Below, piece by piece: positions 57,730 to 64,000 of a stretch of DNA of 64,000 bases. The notes beneath the pieces were generated by a model. That model did no database searches. It had not been told where the DNA came from and was given only the letters and a program-made list of their open reading frames with translations. Made by a program: the position numbers and the translations under genes. Source of the stretch: a virus. Taxonomy: Duplodnaviria > Caudoviricetes. The stretch covers positions 256,001 to 320,000 of IMG/VR virus record IMGVR_UViG_3300021255_002539, one strand, 5' to 3'. Every line of letters starts with the position of its first letter. The first letter of the stretch is position 1.

Positions 57730-59138
57730 CAGAACTCCTTTTCGATTTCGTCAAGGTCCGCCAGCCACATGTCCTCTATGCTCTCTTTCTGGGTGGTCTT
57801 GATGAGTTCCTTCAATCCCTTGATCTTCTCTGTCAGCTCAGCCATCTTCTCCTTGGTGATTGAGGACATCGGCATGTTCAAGAGGTAGTTGAAGGAGCCG
57901 TCCTTTGGGACAATCTTGTCGGTCTTCTCCAACTGCTTGACGATATCATCCTTCTTCTTGTTCTTGATGTGGATTGTCTCGTCAATAACGCCCTTGCACC
58001 AGACATACTTGGAGACATCCAACTGAATCTCATCCATGTACTTGTTGAGCAGATAGGTCTTGCGCTTCTTATAGTATTCAAGACGGATCTTGATAAACGC
58101 ATCCAGAATCTCCTTGATGTTGTTGAACTCCCTGATTCTGTTGTTCTCGTCGATGCAATTCAACTGCTCGTTCAGTGGCTTCGCCAGGTTGAACACCTTT
58201 ACCCAACTGTCAATGTCCTTGTTGCTTTCGAAGAACACGCGCTTGACCTTGATGGTGAACTCAAACTTGTCGGTCTTTGGGTCAGAGAGGTCTTCGTAGT
58301 CCTCAATAGTCCCCTTCTCAACAAGATTGTCCAGAACCTTGATGTACGCCGCGTAGGTGTAGGTGATTGGTATCTCGGAAATGTGCAAAGTGTTGGAATT
58401 GACCTTCTCCACCACGCCATAGTTGACGACCTTGGTGTTGGTCTTCCCATCCGCATCCTTTTCCTTCACCAATTTCGTCTCGCCAGCAAATCCCTTGAAC
58501 CATGGCAATGCGTTCTCCACATGCGGAACCTTGTCAGCCTTGTTGAGGATTGCCCTGATGTACTTGAGGATGTCCTTGGGGTTGCGTGGGTATATTGTTG
58601 TCTTCCACCCAGTGGAGATTCCATCTGTGCCATTGAGGAACAGAATTGGAAATATTGGCATCATGTATTGAGGCTCTATTTCAGTGCCCTCGAACACTTG
58701 TGGTTTGCACAAGGCTCTGTCGGTCTCCATGAACAACTTGGAGGAGATTGGGGATATTGAGCAATATGTATAACGGGGGGCGGCTGCGCTTCCTGCTCCA
58801 CTGAATCTGGTGCCGAAGTTGCCATGTCCCTTCACCAATGGATAGTTGTTGCTTCCGACAAAGGATGCGGCCATTGTGTCCAGAACTTGAGTCAAACTCG
58901 CCTCTCCATGGAGGTACTCGGTGCATTCAGCGACAGAAGAAGCCAGTCTTGCGGTCTTGTTCTCGCTTCCTGGGTTTGGGAATTTCTTGAACAATGTGTA
59001 CATCACCTTGCGTTGGGACAGCTTCATGCCATCCACATAGGAGGCAATCTTGCGCAGGTTGTCGTATGCTCCATATGAAGGGGCGTCGTTTTCGTAGAAT
59101 TCAGAAAAGGATATCGTGTTTTTATCTGCATTGCTCAT
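57729..59138 (-). CDS. Type IIA DNA topoisomerase, breakage-reunion subunit (T4 gp52-like)
   Basis: DGMK.SQRK, Y.HGE.SL, G.FG.R, AAPRY, EP....P..P....NG..GI..GW. Confidence 0.93.
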   Translation of the reverse strand: MSNADKNTISFSEFYENDAPSYGAYDNLRKIASYVDGMKLSQRKVMYTLFKKFPNPGSENKTARLASSVAECTEYLHGEASLTQVLDTMAASFVGSNNYPLVKGHGNFGTRFSGAGSAAAPRYTYCSISPISSKLFMETDRALCKPQVFEGTEIEPQYMMPIFPILFLNGTDGISTGWKTTIYPRNPKDILKYIRAILNKADKVPHVENALPWFKGFAGETKLVKEKDADGKTNTKVVNYGVVEKVNSNTLHISEIPITYTYAAYIKVLDNLVEKGTIEDYEDLSDPKTDKFEFTIKVKRVFFESNKDIDSWVKVFNLAKPLNEQLNCIDENNRIREFNNIKEILDAFIKIRLEYYKKRKTYLLNKYMDEIQLDVSKYVWCKGVIDETIHIKNKKKDDIVKQLEKTDKIVPKDGSFNYLLNMPMSSITKEKMAELTEKIKGLKELIKTTQKESIEDMWLADLDEIEKEF

Positions 59139-60178
59139 TGTTTGTCGTCTCCAATTTCAAAGTGCATTGTGTCGTCTTCCAGAAGTTCTGGTGGGATGTT
59201 GTTGTATGTGAATATCGCTTGGTAGACACCCTCGTCGTTTGGTGGGAAAAGACCACCGCGATAGTGCGAATCCACATAGAACACCATCTTTCCTGACTTG
59301 TACAGTCTGTGGTTCAAGAGGTTGTCCCTCGATATCTTGTATATATCGAATCCACCATCTTCGTCCGTATGCTTGTTGAAGCAGGACGTGGACAACTTCA
59401 TCTTTCCATATGACTTCAGCCTCTCGATGTCGTCGTGGCAAAACAGATACACTCTGTCTGGATAGTTGAACAAGTCCTTGCTTGATCTCGGAACCAATCC
59501 GCGTTGACGAATCTTGTTGAAGTATCTGTGCGGCGCCACGTGAAACAGGTTTTCTGACAAATCCAAGTCTAGTCTGGAATACCTCGTCTCGAAAGACAAG
59601 TCCAAGATTCCAATCTTGTCGTAGTTGAATGGTTGTAGGGTTCTGTTGTCGGACACCTTGTCGGCAGAATCCAAGTTCCATCCACACACATACATGCTTC
59701 TCGACAGTTTCTCAACCAACTCCCTCCAATCAACGAAGTCTGAGACGAAATATGGCAATATGAATTCCACTATGTGGGAATCAGCCGAGCATAGATGCCA
59801 ATCAACAACCCTGTCCTGCCCATGTCTGGCTGGGGGATGCTTCAATACATCACACATCTTCAACTTGACCAACGTGGAATCCATCTCGTTCAAGAAGAAC
59901 TTCTTGAACTTCGCAACCAACTTGTCCAATGGGTATGTGGCAATGAGGGCTTCGTCCAATATGATGTATTCTGAATCCATCTTCCTCATCGCATTGGTCA
60001 GATTCAATGGGTGGTTCAACGAATGGAAGCAAAGTCCACATGGATGCAATGAATCGTCAGACTTGCCACTCTCAAGCAAAAGTCTGGAGGCCGGAACGGA
60101 CCTGGTTTCGTACACTGTTCCACATTTCCAATAGAAATCAGAGTATTCGTTCAATCTTTCTTTGACGTCTTTTCTCAT
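59135..60178 (-). CDS. Protein with C-terminal ART-fold domain, located between the topoisomerase subunits
   Basis: LFHVAP...KIRQRGLVP.S..FNYPDRVYL, FYVD, FTYNNIPP. Confidence 0.6.
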   Translation of the reverse strand: MRKDVKERLNEYSDFYWKCGTVYETRSVPASRLLLESGKSDDSLHPCGLCFHSLNHPLNLTNAMRKMDSEYIILDEALIATYPLDKLVAKFKKFFLNEMDSTLVKLKMCDVLKHPPARHGQDRVVDWHLCSADSHIVEFILPYFVSDFVDWRELVEKLSRSMYVCGWNLDSADKVSDNRTLQPFNYDKIGILDLSFETRYSRLDLDLSENLFHVAPHRYFNKIRQRGLVPRSSKDLFNYPDRVYLFCHDDIERLKSYGKMKLSTSCFNKHTDEDGGFDIYKISRDNLLNHRLYKSGKMVFYVDSHYRGGLFPPNDEGVYQAIFTYNNIPPELLEDDTMHFEIGDDKQ

Positions 60179-60193
60179 GGTGATTTGCGTGTG

Positions 60194-62137
60194 TCAAACC
60201 TTCTCTATGTCCAAATTATACTCGCGGAGATATTGCTTTCGGATGTCAGTCTTGTTGGAGTTCAGCCAATCGTCCACCAAAACCCCATCCTTTTCGTCCA
60301 AACTAAAGTATTCCAGGAAGTCCTCTATGCCATTTGGGGACGAGTCGAACAGGTGCTGGAATTGCTCTGGACTCCACGACCCAAGACCCTTGAAGTAGTT
60401 TTTCTTGTATTTGGATATGTCGTGGTTGGCTTCATATGCCTTGTATTCGTCCAAAGTGTAGAACGCCTTGAATATCTTGGTCATCTTCTGGTCCGACCAC
60501 AATATCACAAGGGGTGTTCTCAATCTGGCAATCTTGTGCATGTTGAACAGCTCCTTGCCAAACTTCATCCACCACCCCAGGTATATCATCTGAATGTGCA
60601 GTCCATCTATGTCACTGTCGTTCGCAAGCACAATCTTGTCGAAGTTCAGGAACTTGTTGTCGTTCTTTGATGGGTCTATGCCAAGCAATGTGGTTATGTC
60701 AGAGAATTCCTTGTTCGAGAGCATTTGGGACACCTTGCAGTCCCACACATTCAATGGAACTCCACGTCCAGCATAGTATCCAATGCCTTTTCTGCCCAGA
60801 GCTTGGGAAATCCCGGTAGCGGCTGAAAACCCCTCCGCTATGATGAAATACTTCTTGTCGTTCCCTGTTGGCGATATGTACTTCGTGGCGTCTATCTTGA
60901 CTTTTGACCGACCCGCCTGCTTCAACGCCACGCGCTCCTTGACTTCCTCCTTCAACTTGAACGTCTCAACGATTGGGTCGAGGATGTATTCGTTCTTGAG
61001 AATGTTCTTTGCTAGCTTATTCCAATCAACAGAATCACCGAAGTACTTGGTTATCTCGGATGGCAGGTTTGTCAAGGTCTCCTTTGTCTGAGAGTCGAAC
61101 TTCAGGTTGGGGAAGTCCCGAAGGAACACAACCATGCTCAGACGGTTCTTGATGTCAGCTGGCTTGATTGTCTTGTACTTCTTCGTCAGCTTCTCCCTCA
61201 CAGGTCCAACCACTTTGTCAACTATGTAGTCGATGTGGGAACCACCACGGGTCAACGCCAGTCCATCTACATAGGTGAAGAAGTTGAATTCGTCAGAATC
61301 GTTGGGGTAGATGCCAATGAACCCTCGGTCGAATGTCTGGAAGGTGATGTGCTTGCTGAACAGATTGAGGAACGCCCGTTCGTTGACATTGACCTGTTTG
61401 CCGTTGAGGGAGAACTTGATTCCAGGAAAGGTGATGCCCAGGCAAATCAACCTCTGACGCATTAGTTCGACATATACATCCTCCACCTCGGTCATGTTGA
61501 ATCTGGCGAAATCAGGGTAGAACTTCACTCTGACTCCATGCGACTTGGATTCAGAAACCTCGGTCTGTACGGTCTCCAGGTTGTTCTTCGCAACCACCTT
61601 GCACATCTTCTTGCCATCGTCAGAAATGCCAACGAACTTCTTGGAGAAGATGGATGTGCATTTGGAGCCGAGACCATGTGAGCCAATCGTGGTCTTGTCG
61701 GCAGAATCCTTGAAGTTGGATCCAGAGAACAGGCGGGTCCACGCAATCTCTGGCAGGTAGGTGTTCGCAATCTTCTGCTTTTCCTCGTTGGACATTCTGC
61801 TGTCGGTGATGTCCTTTATGTCCTTTCGGATTACTGGGATGCCAGGCCCATCGTCCTCTATGTAGATCCACTCCTTGTCCATGACGACCTTGACCTTGCC
61901 CTTGCCCTTGCATGTCTTGATGAGGACGTCGATGCAGTTGTCTAGAACCTCGTCTATGATCTTCCTGAATGCGGGGATGAAAGTGACTTCCTTGTATTCG
62001 ACGCCCTCGCCATTCACCATGAACATCTTCTGTGTGAGTGGTGACATGCTGCCAATCCACATCTGTGGTCTCAATATGATCTGCTGTATGCCACTCAGCG
62101 CCTCAAAGTCTTCTGCTTGCTTGTTTGTCTTCATCAA
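60194..62137 (-). CDS. Type IIA DNA topoisomerase ATPase+TOPRIM subunit (T4 gp39+60-like)
   Basis: RP.M.IGS, DEV.DN..D, DDGPGIP, G.HGLGSK, FDSQTKE, AEGFSA, RG.PLN, DSDIDG, YFKGLG. Confidence 0.93.
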   Translation of the reverse strand: MMKTNKQAEDFEALSGIQQIILRPQMWIGSMSPLTQKMFMVNGEGVEYKEVTFIPAFRKIIDEVLDNCIDVLIKTCKGKGKVKVVMDKEWIYIEDDGPGIPVIRKDIKDITDSRMSNEEKQKIANTYLPEIAWTRLFSGSNFKDSADKTTIGSHGLGSKCTSIFSKKFVGISDDGKKMCKVVAKNNLETVQTEVSESKSHGVRVKFYPDFARFNMTEVEDVYVELMRQRLICLGITFPGIKFSLNGKQVNVNERAFLNLFSKHITFQTFDRGFIGIYPNDSDEFNFFTYVDGLALTRGGSHIDYIVDKVVGPVREKLTKKYKTIKPADIKNRLSMVVFLRDFPNLKFDSQTKETLTNLPSEITKYFGDSVDWNKLAKNILKNEYILDPIVETFKLKEEVKERVALKQAGRSKVKIDATKYISPTGNDKKYFIIAEGFSAATGISQALGRKGIGYYAGRGVPLNVWDCKVSQMLSNKEFSDITTLLGIDPSKNDNKFLNFDKIVLANDSDIDGLHIQMIYLGWWMKFGKELFNMHKIARLRTPLVILWSDQKMTKIFKAFYTLDEYKAYEANHDISKYKKNYFKGLGSWSPEQFQHLFDSSPNGIEDFLEYFSLDEKDGVLVDDWLNSNKTDIRKQYLREYNLDIEKV

Positions 62138-62192
62138 TAGTGTTCCTCAATTGTTCGATGTATTTCACACATTTACCCATATTATACACAAA

Positions 62193-62567
62193 TCATCTGT
62201 ATGCGTTTAGCATTCCCTCAATCAAGTCAGCATCTATGTTGGTGCTTCCATCGTCCGATTTGGTGATGAATATGCCTCCACTCTTGTCCACGAACATCAC
62301 CTTGTGTGTGAGGGAGACATCGAACATAAACTCAATGAACTCGTCCTTGCCCCTGTAGTTGGCGTCAGTGAATCCCACTACCCCAAAGTGGTGTGGATGA
62401 CCATCCTTGAACTTGACATCAAATACCCTCATGACAGTCTGCCGCCAACTCCATTGGGACATTATGTTCATCATGACCTCCCTTGGCATGCCATTGCGGG
62501 CCTCCAAGTCATATACATCAGACTTCAAGGTGATGGTGTTCCAGGATATGTTGTTCAGGTTTACCAT
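62193..62567 (-). CDS. TNIDAD-family paralog
   Basis: C-terminal GSTNIDADLIE. Confidence 0.65.
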   Translation of the reverse strand: MVNLNNISWNTITLKSDVYDLEARNGMPREVMMNIMSQWSWRQTVMRVFDVKFKDGHPHHFGVVGFTDANYRGKDEFIEFMFDVSLTHKVMFVDKSGGIFITKSDDGSTNIDADLIEGMLNAYR

Positions 62568-62576
62568 AGATATGTT

Positions 62577-62945
62577 TCAGTCACCCACCTTTCCGACTAT
62601 TGCCTCTATGGTTTCTGCCTCAATTGGAGAACCCTCGATGGCCGTCTCCTCCACATACAAGTCGTGTGGTTCGGCAAGTCCGACGATTCTGTGGTAGTGC
62701 GCGATGTCGAACATGTCGCATATGAACTCGTCCCTTTGGCTGGACAGACAATAGTCCCTCGAAATCAGATCAACCTTTCCCAGATAGCCTCTTACGACCT
62801 TGTATATCCGAATCCAAGGGGTTTTTCCATATCCGAATGTCCACTGCAAATCCACATTCGTAATTGGATGCCGTTTAGCCCGGTCGAGGATGATTAAATC
62901 AAAGCGGTCTGCTGGATATGGTCGGTTGTCGGGCTTGAACATCAT
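62577..62945 (-). CDS. TNIDAD-family paralog (divergent)
   Basis: C-terminal GSPIEAETIEAIV; DEF...MFD+ shared with 62193. Confidence 0.6.
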   Translation of the reverse strand: MMFKPDNRPYPADRFDLIILDRAKRHPITNVDLQWTFGYGKTPWIRIYKVVRGYLGKVDLISRDYCLSSQRDEFICDMFDIAHYHRIVGLAEPHDLYVEETAIEGSPIEAETIEAIVGKVGD

Positions 62946-63349
62946 TTGCCAATCCCCTTCACGATTGCGTCAATCATATCAGCATCTATGTTGGTGGTGC
63001 CGTCCTTGGACTCCACGAGCGCGATGCACACCCCATAGGTCATGGTCAATACCCCTACCATCATGTGCGTAAGGGAGAGCTCCGACAGGTCTGAAACGAG
63101 GGAATCCTTTGCGTTTGGAAGCACATATAGGATGTCCCGCGCACACCACTTTCCATCCATTTGCTCTAGTTCATAGATGCGCACGAAGCCACTGCATCTT
63201 TTCTTCTTCGCACTTTGTATGCAGTCAATTGCTTTCTCGATGTCAAGGGGGACATTTGGGTTCTCCACCCATTCCCAATAGCCATTGAGTTTGTCCACCA
63301 CATACCACTTCACATTGTCGTCAAATACCATTGCCACTACCTCCTCCAA
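62942..63349 (-). CDS. TNIDAD-family paralog
   Basis: KDSLVSDLSELSLTH..GTTNIDADMIDAIV. Confidence 0.65.
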   Translation of the reverse strand: MEEVVAMVFDDNVKWYVVDKLNGYWEWVENPNVPLDIEKAIDCIQSAKKKRCSGFVRIYELEQMDGKWCARDILYVLPNAKDSLVSDLSELSLTHMMVGVLTMTYGVCIALVESKDGTTNIDADMIDAIVKGIGK

Positions 63350-63728
63350 TCTTCCTCACGATTGCGTCTATGACGTCTGCATCTATGTTGGTCTGGTGGT
63401 TTGGGGTCTCGGCCACTCCAATGCAGTTGTCTTGATGATTCAAGATGGGTCCAATGTAGATTATGCCATGCGAAAGGGATATCTCCGAGAGGTCAGATAT
63501 GATGCCATCTTTGTCATTGGGATTGTGGAACAGATTCTGAGCAAATGCGGGCCCACACTCGTCGCATATGATGTTTTTGATGTTGATGTCGAAGTTGTTG
63601 TCGAAATTCCATCTGTCTATCGCCTGCACAATCTCGTCCTTTGTCAGGAACCTCTTTCCCCTCCAGAAGTTGCTGCTGCATCCAGTGAGGGCAAATGTCA
63701 TGGTTCTTCTCTCGTCGTCGAACACCAT
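63321..63728 (-). CDS. TNIDAD-family paralog
   Basis: KDGIISDLSEISLSH..TNIDADVIDAIV. Confidence 0.65.
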   Translation of the reverse strand: MVFDDERRTMTFALTGCSSNFWRGKRFLTKDEIVQAIDRWNFDNNFDINIKNIICDECGPAFAQNLFHNPNDKDGIISDLSEISLSHGIIYIGPILNHQDNCIGVAETPNHQTNIDADVIDAIVRKIGGGSGNGI

Positions 63729-63729
63729 G

Positions 63730-64000
63730 TCAACGCCACCTCGGCTTTCTGTCCTCGATTGCCTCCTTCACCACATCGACCAGGGTGGTCAGAACCTCGT
63801 CGTCTATGTTGGTACTGAAGTCCTTTGTCTTCTGGAGGTATATGCCAGTGAGGGTGTCCATGGAGGCATACCGTATTGTATAGCCCTCTATGGACGCCTG
63901 GAAGAGATATCCAACCAATTCGTCCAAGTCCTTGAGTTTTTCCATGTCAAAGGCTACTTTCTCGCATTCAACATCGTCGAATCTGCTCCAATCTGATTCT
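63730..64000 (-). CDS. TNIDAD-family paralog (5' end outside window)
   Basis: STNIDDEVL; frame open to the window edge. Confidence 0.6.
   Translation of the reverse strand, partial: ESDWSRFDDVECEKVAFDMEKLKDLDELVGYLFQASIEGYTIRYASMDTLTGIYLQKTKDFSTNIDDEVLTTLVDVVKEAIEDRKPRWR

Noticed and set aside
59135-60178. Intron or homing endonuclease splitting the topoisomerase
   Set aside because: Both subunits look complete as separate genes; no HNH, GIY-YIG or LAGLIDADG motif recognised.

Overview
This is a gene-dense, almost entirely minus-strand segment of a large T4-like/jumbo bacteriophage genome that reads TAG as a sense codon, most likely Gln (code 15). About 37 in-frame TAGs join the fragments in the supplied ORF track into intact genes. 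The window encodes its own atypical amber-suppressor tRNA(CUA) at 41902-41980, next to a Pth2-type peptidyl-tRNA hydrolase and a stand-alone YqeY protein. 1-15.5 kb and 42-51 kb hold likely late/virion genes (fibre-like, BspA-LRR, tape-measure-like) behind a GTAAATA motif, and these carry nearly all the sense TAGs. 15.7-41.8 kb and 51-64 kb hold early/middle genes behind TATAAT promoters: split NAD-dependent ligase, ThyX, glycosyltransferases, an ABC-ATPase/GNAT pair joined by a programmed -1 frameshift signal, a sigma factor, three DNA methyltransferases, a two-subunit type II topoisomerase, ART-fold proteins and many small hypothetical genes. Family assignments come from motif recognition by eye; no database searches were run.
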